DNA of 64,000 bases, taken from positions 11,775,633-11,839,632 of the forward strand of contig JARFYF010000064.1 in NCBI GenBank assembly GCA_030265395.1, in the 5' to 3' direction. This document shows positions 40,621 to 52,912 of the stretch, one piece after another; the first letter of the stretch is position 1, and each line of letters begins with the position of its first letter. Source of the DNA: Rhina ancylostomus. Its lineage: Eukaryota. A program made the translations under genes and the position numbers. The notes beneath the pieces were generated by a model. That model did no database searches, was not told the DNA's origin, and saw only the letters and a program-made list of their open reading frames with translations.

Positions 40621-42147
40621 AACTCCATTCGCATGAGAAGTACGACAGTTGTCCTCCCTTAGAACACCAACATTTGTCATCCCTGAGAAATGTTTTCTGA
40701 CATCCCTGTTGACTATAAGGAAACATACTCACCTTTGTCCCACAATCCTGTTAGTCCAGGCTCCAGTCAGGCAATGTAAAACAAGCAGTCAAAAGCCAGC
40801 CTAACCAGGATGGGAACTCATTATGGACATCCACTGCAGCTACTGGAACATACATGCCTAACTGAAAGATATACATGATAGATGGGCATAAAGGGTTAGT
40901 TAAATAATATGAGTATGCTGGNNNNNNNNNNNNNNNNNNNNNNNNNNNNNNNNNNNNNNNNNNNNNNNNNNNNNNNNNNNNNNNNNNNNNNNNNNNNNNN
41001 NNNNNNNNNNNNNNNNNNNNNAGTGTCTAGAGTACTGTAAGAACAACCATGATTGTTAAAAATACCACTCATTCAGATGTTTCTCGATGAAAGGTTAGAC
41101 ACTGAAGGATTCACTTAAATCCTTCAGAAATAGGAACTATAGGATTTCTACCCTTCTTCCTTTACAGGAGAAATATCGAAACAGTGTTGAAGTATGTAAT
41201 AATTATTCTGGTAAGCCCTGAAGTGAGAAAGTACTATTGCTGGAGGATTCCACATGATCACATGATCTCATAACACTCTTGAGTGGATAAATGACTCATG
41301 GAACTCAAACTTGTCCTGAAAGGTGTAAGCACAATGAGGTAATGTGTAGTTTCTTCAGAGGTACCCAGTTATTACAAGGATATTTATAGATGAAGCAGAA
41401 GAATGTTAAATTCAGGTTTTATGCCCCAAGCAGCCATACCAAAATGCATGTAGATCAACAAAGCATTAATCTAACCAATCATGGGTCGAGTCATTATCAT
41501 GTAGTTTCCCAGCCAAAACTAATCATCCCACAACACCAAGTGGCATGGGACAACTCACAGGACAGGATTCCACCAATGGAGATGATCACCTGGTGGGGTG
41601 GCCACACATGAAAGAAAAATGTGGTTGCAGTTTATACATTAGTCATTAGAAGATCACCATTTCTCCACTCTCCTTCCATTATGCAATTGAGCAGTGGCTG
41701 TCACAGGGAGAGATCCTTTATGGAATGACAACTTTTTCCCTGATCAGCATGCCAAAAACATAGCAGTTGCAAACTTTCTATGCAGCTTCTGATAGGAAAT
41801 ATGCAGTTCAAGCCTTACTGATTCTTTCCAGGTAGAAAAAATGATAGTGCTTTTTCTAAAAACTTTTTTATCCAACTCAGTAATTGTTTTCAGGGGAAGG
41901 GAGTTGAGGGGGGGGGGTGGGTGGGAAATGAACTGGTGCTGGCATTGCACATAACAATGTTTTAGAATGTCTAAATGGTTCCAGTACATTTTCTGGCCTA
42001 TCTAACTATAAAACACTGTGAATAACATTTTTTTACAGTGATGTTCANNNNNNNNNNNNNNNNNNNNNNNNNNNNNNNNNNNNNNNNNNNNNNNNNNNNN
42101 NNNNNNNNNNNNNNNNNNNNNNNNNNNNNNNNNNNNNNNNNNNNNNN

Positions 42148-42284
42148 AACACAGGTTCTTATGCTAGGCCCCTGATGGGGCTCAGGTGTGTATTGTTATC
42201 TAATCAGTCCAGCATGAAATCCATTTGCTGGACAACAAGGCATTAATGGAGCCAAATTGAGGGCCAGAACTCAGAACCATGACA
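42148..42284. mobile_element. Solo-LTR-like element, partial (remainder in gap)
   Basis: ggttcttatgctaggcccctgatggggctc...gagggccagaactcagaaccatgaca is homologous to 7690-7820. Confidence 0.85.
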
Positions 42285-42409
42285 TTGGGAATGTAAGACT
42301 GACTTGTGCTTTAAATAGCAGGGTGGAGAACAATGAAGATTACAGTATGCTTATAACCAACCGCTTCTCACATTCCACTTCTCCATATTAACTGTGTTTT
42401 ATTTTCTCT

Positions 42410-42830
42410 TCACACTTACTACCTGAACTGCTGGGTATTTCCAGTATTCCCTTTTATTTTAGATTTCCAGCAGGTTCTAGGTTCTGCAGCTCACAATTCC
42501 AGCAGTTTCTTTTTTCCTCTACTGCCTCCATTCATCTCCCTCTGTTTACAGTCCTCCAGACAGATCAGCACTGAATAACAATCATTTATTACTCTCTCTT
42601 AAATTGCTCCAACAATATTTTGGTCATCTGGACAATATAGGTTACCACCCTATCACAGACATTTCCTTTGTTCTCTCCGTCCCTCCCGCTCTTTGCAACT
42701 TAAAGCTGACATGTCTTCTCACTCTTCTATTTCTGATAATAGGTCATCAACCTGAAATATTAACCCTGTTTCAATCTCTACATATGCTGCCTGACCTGCT
42801 GAGCATCTCCAACATTTTATGTTTCTATCC
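42410..42830 (+). mobile_element. Penelope-like pseudo-LTR fragments (two tandem pieces)
   Basis: cctgaactgctgggtatttccag...agatttccagca, and cctatcacagacatttcctttgttct...ctgataataggtcatcaacctgaaa...tgctgcctgacctgctgagcat. Confidence 0.7.
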
Positions 42831-44254
42831 TAATTTGGTGTGATGACTCAGAGATGGAGGACAAAGTAGACTGATGCAAAATAAAAGCAGGTGCATGCAA
42901 CACCTTAAGATAATGAGAATGCACCATTGGAAGTTTTGTAATCCTGGTGAATCAGTACATTTGTGCTGTCTGTTTCTTGTTTCCAAGAGAGGAGATTAAT
43001 TCTGCTCAGCTAGAACATACAGAATCTGTAGCCATCCTAAATCAGTGCTATAAAGCAAATTGTGATATATTCCAGATGTCCCCTGCTCCAGTCTAGGATG
43101 ATATAGGTGCATAAAATTTGTTGATGTTAAAACTACTAGCAACATTGTAATGGTTCTGCCCTATGCTTTGTGGCTGTAGATGTGCCATATCTCTATCAGA
43201 ACCTCCTAGTGAAGCTATTAACATATTGGTCTTCACTAAGGTGGGCAATGGAGACATAAGAGAATTGTTTCTTCAATGCCCTAGCTGGATAAGGTCTCCT
43301 ACTGAGGGCCCATTCTGTCATACCCCTTCTGTTGTCATGGTTTGTGTGCCCTGTTCTTCAGTTTCTCTATCATACTGCACACAGCCTTTCCTTCTATAAA
43401 ACACTCTCTGTAGACTTCAAAAACTTCCAGGAGGTCTGGGTGGAAAAAAATTAACTTACTCCTAGCTGCAGCAAACTGAAATTAGGATATTGTAAAATGG
43501 GAACCCAGACTGAAAATAGTGCCCTACTGCTGGTGACACATTATAGTAAGATATTCACATTTCCATAGTCTACAACTTTAAGACATTGAATTGAATTTGT
43601 CTTCAGCTCAACCAAAATGATAAATAGCAGATCGTTGGCAAATTGGCAACGTGGTTCCGAACATACACAGGAGAGTCCATTTCCTGATAAACAACAGGGG
43701 TCCACTTACAGTCACAGTGGACTAATGAAAGAAAAACAGTCCCTTCCTGTCACATGGCTAAAAATTGCAAACTCAAAATCTAATTAGTGAGTGAAAAAGA
43801 GCAAAGAATTTTATTTGAATATGCAAGTTGATCCTGTGCTTTTGTGCAAAGGCAAGGCACAGTATCAACATTAAGATAGATTAGAAGGAATAACTGCACT
43901 AAGAAGAAGGAGTAGAGAGTGAACTGGAGAAAGAGAAAAGGGTGACAAAGGAGAGGGGAAATATACTGAAGAAAGAATGGAACAAAGAATACACAAGTAA
44001 TTGTATCATTTAATTACTGCATGGTAGAATATAGGTGGAATTTTATAGTGAAAACATGAGTAATTTGAATAATATTGATCCAGGTCCACACTGTCTGATA
44101 AAACAGAGGCATATCATTAGCACTACTGAAATTAAGGGACCACTGTGTCATAGAAGTTCTTGTACACCAAAATGCTTTGCCCCTCACTGCAAATTTCACT
44201 TGCTACCAAGACTTGCAACTGAATGGTTATTGCACATTTCATATTTCCTTACCA

Positions 44255-44572
44255 CGAAGACGGGGGCATTTAGGCCCATTAAGTCTATACCCAAGCCATT
44301 CCCCCACTAATTTTTACCTGTAGCCTATTCTCCCCACTCCCAACAATTCCTCCCAGATCCTGCCAATCTCACATACACTAGAGGCAATTTACAGCAATCA
44401 ATTAACCTAATAACTCACACATCAATGTAGAAGAAAACCGGAACACCTTAGGGAAACTCATACAATCACAGGGAGAACATACAAACACCACACAGGTAGC
44501 ATTAGAGGTCAAGATTGAACCCACGTCACTGGATCTGTGAACCAACAGCTCTACTAGCTGCACCAGGCACCT
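44255..44572 (-). mobile_element. HE1-like V-SINE with CR1-like tail
   Basis: Reverse-complement V-domain aaaccggaacacc..gggaaactca...cacagggagaacatacaaac, tRNA-like head near 44570 and CR1-type tail (ggcatttaggcccattaagtct on +). Confidence 0.85.
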
Positions 44573-45780
44573 CACTAAGAAAAATATATTCCCCAGGAGT
44601 CACAACAGACAAGGCTCAGGGATTGGAATGGCTGGTGGCCAGAAATCTGATCAGGGCAGAAATTAATCTTGAGCCTACGCTGTGGCCAGGAAGAAGAATG
44701 ACCAGGCCTGCCTTTTCATTGTTGGGGTGAATTTGATGAAGTTAAATCCTATTGAAACAATCACAGGACAGAAGTAGACAATTTCATTTTGTGTGCTGGA
44801 AGATTTAGTTCATAATTTTTAACTATTAGCTATTGATTTTTTTTCACATCTATTGTCACTGCAGAAGTTCTGGAAAAGCAAAGAACACAACAATCACACC
44901 ATTTTCCTAGGACTCTTCTACCCATGTATGTTATAGGAAAAAAAGCAGGAAACCATTGCCCTTCATCAACCACATGCTTCCCTAACACCCCTACCCCTGA
45001 GAAGCTGGTCCATTCACTGCAATATCTATTTTGAAAGTGAATGTTGTAACTCAAGAAACTTAGCCTTAATTTTGATGGGGGCTACTTTTTATTGGGTATT
45101 ATAACTAACATTTCAAGTTCAGTGAAACTTTAGTATCATAACTTTAAACAAATTTTCTGCTGACATAAAGGTATAAAGCTCAATGCATTGCACGTTTTCA
45201 TATACTTGGTGATGGAATGCAAGTTTAAAATAAATCATTAGGTACTTCCATTCACACACATAGCACAATCAGAAATTCAATCGTGGCTTCCATGTCTGGA
45301 GCCCCTATATTTAATATCACTGCAGCAACAGTGAAGCACATTATGTGCAAAAAAATAGTATGAGACTTGACTAGAAAAGCAGATTTTAAAGAGAGGATAA
45401 TAGCCTACTCGAGAGTACAAACTCTAACTGGGATCTGCCAAGCCTTCCAATTTTAAATCATGGGGTATACATGGATATCACAAAATAAAGCACATTCAAC
45501 AACCTTTTGGGTTATCAAATGGTTCATCATGATTGGAGCAAATAATATAAATCGAGAAATGTCAGTAAAAAGAAACATTTTGTCAATTTTTTTTTGCAAT
45601 AATGCTGATAAGACACAGAATTCATTATACTGATGTTAGCAAAACACATGGCTTTGATACAACATTTCTCACCTAATGACAGAAAATAAATAGATTAAAA
45701 AGAAAATCAAACTTTAAGTACAGTAAATGGAAATAAATATATTAACTGGAGAAAAAAGACAAGTCATATTTCAAATACTT

Positions 45781-46094
45781 TCTTCTTCAGCGATCCCTCA
45801 GAATTAAGAATAACTTGCTTCCACTGCAGTTTTGTGTGTTCTGAGGAGCCTAATCATGCCAATGTGGAAATGGCACATTCTCCCACCGGTTAGGCAGGAA
45901 GTCCCTGACGGGGCAGACAAGTGAGTTGATTTTAAAAATTGTGCTTCTTCCACTGCTTATGCAGGGCTTCTGTATGCATCCAATGCATGGACTCAAGTTC
46001 TCAATACCATACCAAATTATCCTTAACTGTTTAGAGCATTCATTGGCTAAAGACTCCCAGCAGTCAATGGGAAAGTTGCATATCTTCAAAGTGC
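45781..46094 (-). mobile_element. RTE-clade LINE 3' end
   Basis: ORF 45850-46134(-) contains LKICNFPIDCWESLA...YGIENL (RTE LKKC.IP.DSWE.LA.D). The 3' tail is gtggaagcaagttattcttaattctgagggatcgctgaaga. Confidence 0.8.
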
Positions 46095-46103
46095 CATTGA
46101 AGA

Positions 46104-46530
46104 ACTGGAATTGGAATTGTTTTATTATTGTCACATGTACTAAGGTACAGTAAAAAACTTGTCTTACATATCATTCATACACAGTGCATCAAAGTAGTAG
46201 AAGGTAAAACAATAACAATGCAGAATAAAGTGTAACAGCTACAGAGAAAGTGCAGTGCAGGTAGACAATAAGGTGCAAGGTCATAATAAGGTAGATTTTG
46301 AGGTCAAGAGTCTATCTTATTGTACTAGGAAACAGTTCAATAGTTTTATAACAGTGGGTTAGAAGCTGTCCTTGAGCCTGGTGGAATGTGCTTTCAGACT
46401 TTTGTATCTTCTGCCCAATGGGAGGGGGGAGAAGAGAGAACGTCAGGGGTGGGTGGGGTTTTTGATTATGGTGGCTGCTTCACCGAGGTAGCAAGAAGTG
46501 TAGACAGAGTCCATGGCGGGGAGGCTGGTT
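46104..46530 (-). mobile_element. Rex1/Babar LINE 3' end
   Basis: The minus strand encodes SVYTSCYLGEAATIIKNPTHP...PLPLGRRYKSLKAHSTRLKDSF. The tail is gtacatgtgacaataataaaacaattccaattcc. Confidence 0.92.
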
Positions 46531-47848
46531 AAAGAAAGTGAACGGTGTGAATAATATCGTCAGATGCATCAATTTGTGCTGTTTTGTTTTACTGTTGACT
46601 CACTATATTGGTTGGGATTTAAAGTTTTTTTTTGAAGCAAATATCAAGAAGTGGAAAGTTTACCACATGGTCAGGAGACTAACAGCTCTTGTACAGCTCT
46701 GGAAATCTGCAATGTTGAGTTTTATAAGGACTGGATTTGAATATGGTTTGTGAAATAAAATATTTACATCAGTTACTTATAGAATGATATTTTACACTTG
46801 AGAGTTTTTGAAAAGCTCAACAGTCAGTTTAGTTCTTTCTGAAATATTATGTCTAAAATTTGACTGATACATCACAAGATGTACCTCATGATCACTGTAC
46901 TTCACTGTTCATGAAGTCACAACCATTGCACCGATGGTTAACAGACATGTACAGATTAGTTAAATGGGTGTTAACAGATACAGAGAGAATACCATGTACA
47001 TAGTAAGTGATTACATGGGGAATTGTGGATACATGACAATCAATTGTAATAGAATACATTTTTTAGCTTGCAATGAAAGTAAGAAAAACTTAATAATGAA
47101 AAATTACATATAGAGAGTTCAGCCTCTCTATGAAATTTTGAAGTGCTCCAGATATCTGAGAGGATTTTGAAATTTAGAAACAGGCAGTGGATGGGTTAGA
47201 GAGGTTTGAAGATTAAACAGGTTAAATATGCCTTCGGGAATAATGCAAAACAGGTAAAATTAATGCAAAGCTATTAGCTTGTCCTCAATTCCTATTTTGC
47301 AAATTAGTTTTGACTGTCTTTAGTTGAAAGTTGGAGATTTCATTCTCCCTTTTGATGAACTCCCGTTTTATCCACTATAGTTTTGCCCACTTACAAAATC
47401 TATCAGTGTCCCTTTATAATGATGTAATTCAGTCTACTCCATTTAATATGTGATCTAACAGCATCCTCATGCAGAACTGGATAATTAAAATGTTATGATC
47501 AACATCCTGTTTTGGCAGAGTGACAAGCAAATTACCTCAGGACAGTACCCGCAATTGTCACCCTTGTGTCATTCTCTGAACGAGAGGTTGCAAGGATATC
47601 TGCATCAACAATGCTGTGACAGATGCTGGACTGACCACTATCTCATCTACTCTGTAATTTCCTTCAGCTTAGCCTCAAGGAAAAATCAACACGCATGTTG
47701 CCTGAAGAAATCAATGCTAAAGATCCCAGGGACTCCATTAGTAATTGTNNNNNNNNNNNNNNNNNNNNNNNNNNNNNNNNNNNNNNNNNNNNNNNNNNNN
47801 NNNNNNNNNNNNNNNNNNNNNNNNNNNNNNNNNNNNNNNNNNNNNNNN

Positions 47849-48014
47849 TGTGTTCTCTATTCCTTTGTGAAGATCCAGTTTGTGTTGGGATTCCTCTTCT
47901 GATCTCTGAGACAAGATTCCTTCCATTTAATGCCTGCGTTTGTCCTAAGGAAGTATCCTGACTTGTATCGGTGTGCTGCATTTGGGTTCTCTAAGTTTGC
48001 TCAACATTGTGACA
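47849..48014. mobile_element. Solo-LTR-like element, partial (remainder in gap 47749-47848)
   Basis: Homologous to 29051-29197 and ends ...ctcaacattgtgaca. Confidence 0.85.
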
Positions 48015-49985
48015 GTAGGCAAGAGTCTATGGAGGTGAGGTTGGTTTCCATGATGTGCTGAGCTGTGTCCAAAATTCTCTGCAATTTCTTGTGGTCACAG
48101 GCAGAGCAGTTGCCATACCAAGCCATGATGCATCTAGATAGGATGCTTTCTATGGTGCATTGATAAAATTGGTGAGGGTCAAAGGGTGTATGCCAAATTT
48201 CTCTGGCCTCCTGAGGAAGTAGATGCTGGTGAGCTTTCTTGGCCATGGCATTGTAGGGCAGGCATGGTAATGTAGCAGTTAGCAAATGCTATTACAGCAC
48301 CAGCAATCTGGGATTAATTCCACCCACTGTCTGTAGAGAGTTTGTATGTTCTCCCTATGCCTGCATAGGTTTTGTCTGGGTGCTCCAGTTTCCTCCCACA
48401 TTCCAAAGATGTACAGGTTAGGCAGTTGTGGGTATGCTGCATTGGTGCTGGAAGCATAACAACTCTTTCAGGCTGCCCCCACTCTATGCAAAAGATGCAT
48501 ATCACTGTGTTTTGATGTACATGTGACCAATAAAGATATCACCTTATCATATCTGTGGTTGGACCAGGACAGGCTATTGATGATGTTCACTCCTAGGAAC
48601 TTGAAACTCTCTACCTCAGCACCATTGATATAGCATGTCCATCACACCCCTTCCTAAAGTCAACAACCAGCTCTTTTGTTTTGCTGATATTGAGAGAAAG
48701 ATTGTTGTCATGACACCATGTCACTAAGCTCTCTATCTCCTTCCTCTACACCAACTTATCGTTATTCAAGATTTGGCCCACTACTGCGGTATCATCTGCA
48801 AACTTGTAGATGGAGTTAGATCAGAATCTGGCTATGCAGTCATAAGTGTATAGGGAGCTGAGGACGCATCCTTGTGGGGCATCAGTGTTGAGAATAATCA
48901 TGGTGGAGGTGTTACTGCCTATCCTTACTGACTACGCTCTGTTGTTCAGGAAGCCAAGGATCCAGTTGTAAATGGAGGTGTTGAGTCCCAGGTCTTGGAT
49001 TTCAGTGAGTTTGCTTGGAATGGAATTATAGAGTTGAAGGCGGAGTTGTAGTCAATAAACAATAATCTAATGTAGGTGTCTTTACTGTCCAGATGCTCCA
49101 GAGATGAGTGTAGGGCCAGGAAGATGGCATCCATCATAGACCTGTTTCAACAGTAGGCAAACTGCAGTGGATTGAGGTTGTCTAGGAGGCTGGAGTTAAT
49201 GCATACCATGACCAAGCTCTCAAAGCACTTCATGACAGTGAACGTCAGAACCACAGGGCAGTAGTTGTTAAGGCATGTTACCTTGTTTTTCTTAGGTATG
49301 GGGATGATAGTGGTCTTAAAGCAGGTGGGAACTTCAGATTGAACCAGGGAGAGGTTAAAAAATGTGTGCATACCCCCACCAGCTGATCTGCACAGGATCT
49401 AAGGACACAGCCAGGCACACCATCCAGGCCAGATGCTTTCTGCATGTTCACTCTCCAAAAGACTGATCTTGCGTCTGCAATAGTGACTGTGGTTCAGGTG
49501 TATTGGAGGCTGTCGGGATGGGTGGTGATATTCCAATCTCCTTTAGCAAAGTGAGGGTAACAGATGGCTCAGAAGGCACCTTTGATGGTTGTATTGCAAT
49601 GGGTAAAGGTGTTTGGGGCCCCTGGTGGGACAGAAGATGTGCTGATAGTATTTTGGTAACACACTCTTGAACTTGGCCTGGTTGATGTCACCAGCAATGA
49701 TGAAGAGGGCCTCAGGGTATCCCAAAGCTGTTGACCACAGAGTATAGTTCATTGAGTGCAGGCTTCATGTCCTTCTGGGATTGGGTGTAGATTGTCATCA
49801 GGGAAAGCTTAAATGAACTCTTGTGGCAGATAGTATGGGCAACACATCATCATTAGATATTCCAAACTGGGTTAGCAGGAACTCCCTAGGTTCAGCATCA
49901 TCAGGTGTTGATTAAGAAGCAGACCCTTCCGCCTCTAACTTTGCCCAAGGATGCCATGTGGTCTATTCTCTTTATGCATGATAAT
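48015..49985 (-). mobile_element. Rex1/Babar LINE, long decayed fragment (APE endonuclease and RT), interrupted by a V-SINE
   Basis: [70 protein letters not shown] and FYQCTIESILSRCIMAWYGNC. Confidence 0.95.
48256..48552 (+). mobile_element. V-SINE with Rex1-like tail, nested in Rex1
   Basis: Same family as 31841-32147, with tail atatcactgtgttttgatgtacatgtgaccaataaag. Confidence 0.88.
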
Positions 49986-50742
49986 CCCTTCCCATGACAG
50001 AACTCAGAATAGTGTGTCTTNNNNNNNNNNNNNNNNNNNNNNNNNNNNNNNNNNNNNNNNNNNNNNNNNNNNNNNNNNNNNNNNNNNNNNNNNNNNNNNN
50101 NNNNNNNNNNNNNNNNNNNNCAGAATAGTGTGTCTTTTTTGGGTGTCTGGAATTGGATATTCAAACGACATAGCCAACTGAGTGTAACTAAGGTTACATT
50201 CAGTTGGCTATGTCATTTGAATACCCAATTCCAACTTGGGGATGTTGGCCTGGGAAATGACACTGACATTGGTTCACTTATCTTTTCAGTGGATTTGGAG
50301 GATTTTGCAGAGACAGCATTAATGATATCTTTCTGGTGCCTTGGGGTACCTGTAGCAGGTTATCCAGTTTTCAGAAGTGCAGGGNNNNNNNNNNAGGATT
50401 GTGCTAGTTCTGAGGTCTTGATCTTCAAATACCTTTTCTCCATCAATCAAAGGTTGTGTTGGTACATTGAGGTGGTAGTGAATTTCATCATTGATCTCTA
50501 CCTTCATTGGGTGGCTCCTAAGATATTGGAAGTGGTCCATGTTTTCAGGGGTCTCACCATGAACCATTATTATCAGAGGGCAGTGTGCTGTAATAGAGGC
50601 AGGTTAGTAGAGGAATTTTGTCTTGCATATGCCTAGTGAAAGGTCGATCCTCTTGTACAGTTCAACGAATAAGTTCATTATGGTTTGGAGCTCAGACTTT
50701 GAACATGAGCAAACATAAACAAAAACATCTTCTGCATACTGT
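49986..50742 (-). mobile_element. RTE-clade LINE RT region, decayed
   Basis: QYAED (YADD), ELQTIMNLF.E.YK...LSL...KTKFLY, VHGETPENMDHFQYLRSH, ERYH and YSEFCHGK. Confidence 0.88.
50148..50233. repeat. Near-perfect palindrome: 41-bp arms, 4-nt loop, 3 mismatches
   Basis: tggaattggatattcaaacgacatagccaactgagtgtaac-taag-gttacattcagttggctatgtcatttgaatacccaattcca. Confidence 0.95.
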
Positions 50743-52912
50743 AGAAAGGAAGGACTGCAGATTCTGGAATCTAGATGAAAAACACTATGATGTTGGAGGA
50801 ACTCAGCAGGCCAGGCAGCATCCATGGAGAAAGGCAGGTGGTCAACGTTTAGGGTCAGGACCCTTCTTCAGAACTGAAGATAGGAAAAGGAGAAGGCCAA
50901 TATATAGGAGGGAAAAGCAGAGTAGTGATAGGTGGGCAAAAGAGGGGAGGCAGGGTGGGCACATGGTGGTGATAGCTAGATGCAGGTGAGAGATAGTGAT
51001 AGGCAGGTGCAGGGAAAGAGGGGTAAGCCGATCCACTGGGGGATGCACTAAAGGTAAGGAGAAAAAAATAGGGGTAGAAAAAAAGAGGCTCGGACATTGG
51101 AGGACATCCAGGACATCTGAGATGTCCAACTTCTTTTCTAACCGTGGCTTCCCCCCGATTGTGGTTGAGAGCTCGCACCTGTATCTCTTCCATTTCCCAC
51201 ACCTCTGCTCTCAGCCCCACCCTTCCCAGGCCCAACAGGGATAGTGTCTCCCTTGTGCTCACCCTTCATCCTACCAGCCTATGTATCCACACATTCTCCG
51301 CCACTTCCATAATCTCCAATAGGACCCCACTACCAAGCATATCTTCCCCTCCCTACCCCTTTCTGCCTTTCATATGGACCGCTCTCTCTGCAATTCCCTA
51401 GTTCACTCCTCCCACCCCACCCCCCACCCATCCTGCTCCCACCTAGGAACTTTCCACTGCCCCTGCCATAGGTGCAACACCTGCCCCTACATCACCTCCA
51501 TCCAGGGACCCAAACNNNNNNNNNNNNNNNNNNNNNNNNNNNNNNNNNNNNNNNNNNNNNNNNNNNNNNNNNNNNNNNNNNNNNNNNNNNNNNNNNNNNN
51601 NNNNNNNNNNNNNNNAATCACAGTATCCAGTAATACATTTGCCCAGTCACAGTACCTCATAACAGACTTGCCTAATCGATGTCCAGGAATACACTCACCC
51701 AATCACCATATCCAGTAATGTGCTTATACAATCATCACGGCATCTAGTAATACGCTTACCCAATCACAGATCCTGCACTCACACAGATCTTTGCAGCAGT
51801 TAAAGCCTTACACACAGCAACAGTCTTACACACAGCCCATGCTCACATCTACCTGGTCATACAGTATTATGTTGTCGAGAGTAGCATCACTTAAAAAAAT
51901 AACAGGAGATAACTTAATGCAACAAAGTCCAATTTTGAGTACATTGACATTGTGTGATTTTGCTTGGAGTACTGATTTGCTCTTTGACAAAATTCAAGAT
52001 AGATTTAACCCCAATGAGGCAGCATACAGTCGACACATAATCAAGTAACCAGAAACATCAGACCTGTTTTCCTTCTGTCAGACGGTACACCATTGACCTG
52101 CACATTGAAAAGAGGAGCAGATGAAGCTACCTCAGCAGCTGCACTTTGAGGCAAGTAACTTGTTAAGTAGTTGGAACAATGGAAGGAGACATTTTCTCTC
52201 TATATCAAGTTGACAATGGCTAATGAAGAAGGGAAGACAAAAGTGATGGTGCTTTTGTATCTGGTTGGTCACCAATGCAGACACCTCTAGGGAATAATTA
52301 AGCCTAACAATGCTATGATTAATTAACAACTCCACAGTTCTTGGATCACATAACTACCATTTTAGATTGGTTAAAGACAAATTAAATGGACGGAGATGTT
52401 TATTCATTAGTTAGTTCCCGTATCAGCCACCATACTCCTTATTTTTAATAGATACCCTGTTTCACTCTAAACAACATGTCACGTTTAGGAACAGCACCCC
52501 ATTTTCCATCTTATAACCTTGCAGCCTAATGGCATGAACATTGAATTCTCCCATTTTAGGTAATCCCCACACCCCCTCCCCACCAACTATGCTTCTTCTT
52601 TTCTTCCCTGTCCCTAGCGTATCTCTGTCTACCCCCTTTTTTATCTCTTTACCTGTGAGCCATCCCCCAGTGGACCTGCTCACCCCTCCTCTGCCTATCA
52701 CTATCTCTCACCTGCATCTAGCTATCATCACCATGTGCCCACCCCACCTCCCCTCTTTTTCCCACCTATCACTGCTCTGCTTTTCCCTCCTATATATTGG
52801 CCTTTTCCTTTCCTCAGTTCTGAAGAAGGGTCCTGACCCTAAGCGTTGACTGCCTGCTTTTCTCCACAGGTGCTGCCTGGCCTGCTGAGTTTCTCCAGCA
52901 TCATAGTTTTTT
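50743..52912 (+). mobile_element. Penelope-like element (PLE): inverted pseudo-LTR (50743-51095), truncated ORF (51107-51515 and 52460-52563) and pseudo-LTR (to 52912)
   Basis: SEMSNFFSNRGFP, LVLTLHP, DRSLCNSLVHS and the Cys linker GTFHCPCHRCNTCPYITSIQGPK. The GIY-YIG C-terminus EQHPIFHL..LQPNGMNIEFSHFR* follows. About 350 bp at the two ends are inverted repeats. Confidence 0.85.
51616..51772 (+). repeat. Degenerate ~28-bp tandem repeat (AATCACAGTATCCAGTAATACACTTACCC-like), about 5 units, runs into gap
   Basis: Repeated aatcac..atccagtaat..cttaccc units. Confidence 0.7.

Noticed and set aside
41390-41611. ORF with faint L1-ORF1-like words (KNVKFRF, FPAK)
   Set aside because: The similarity is too short and out of frame to support a call.
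47741-47748. gtaat|tgt as the left TSD and start of the LTR ending at 48014
   Set aside because: The right flank is gtagg (Rex1 sequence) and matches only 3 of 5 bases. The true left end is probably in the gap.
50005-50137. cagaatagtgtgtctt duplicated on both sides of a 100-N gap (similarly cccccaccctgat around 10064-10163)
   Set aside because: Most simply an unmerged contig overlap. A hidden insertion with a TSD cannot be distinguished without reads.
52063-52156. Exon within the PLE cargo (strong acceptor, GC donor)
   Set aside because: There are stops in all three frames and the donor is non-canonical. There is no supporting evidence.
50841-52850. Hammerhead-like cores in the PLE ends as currently active ribozymes
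   Set aside because: The GAAA box is altered (TAAA and TAAG), so these particular copies are unlikely to cleave.
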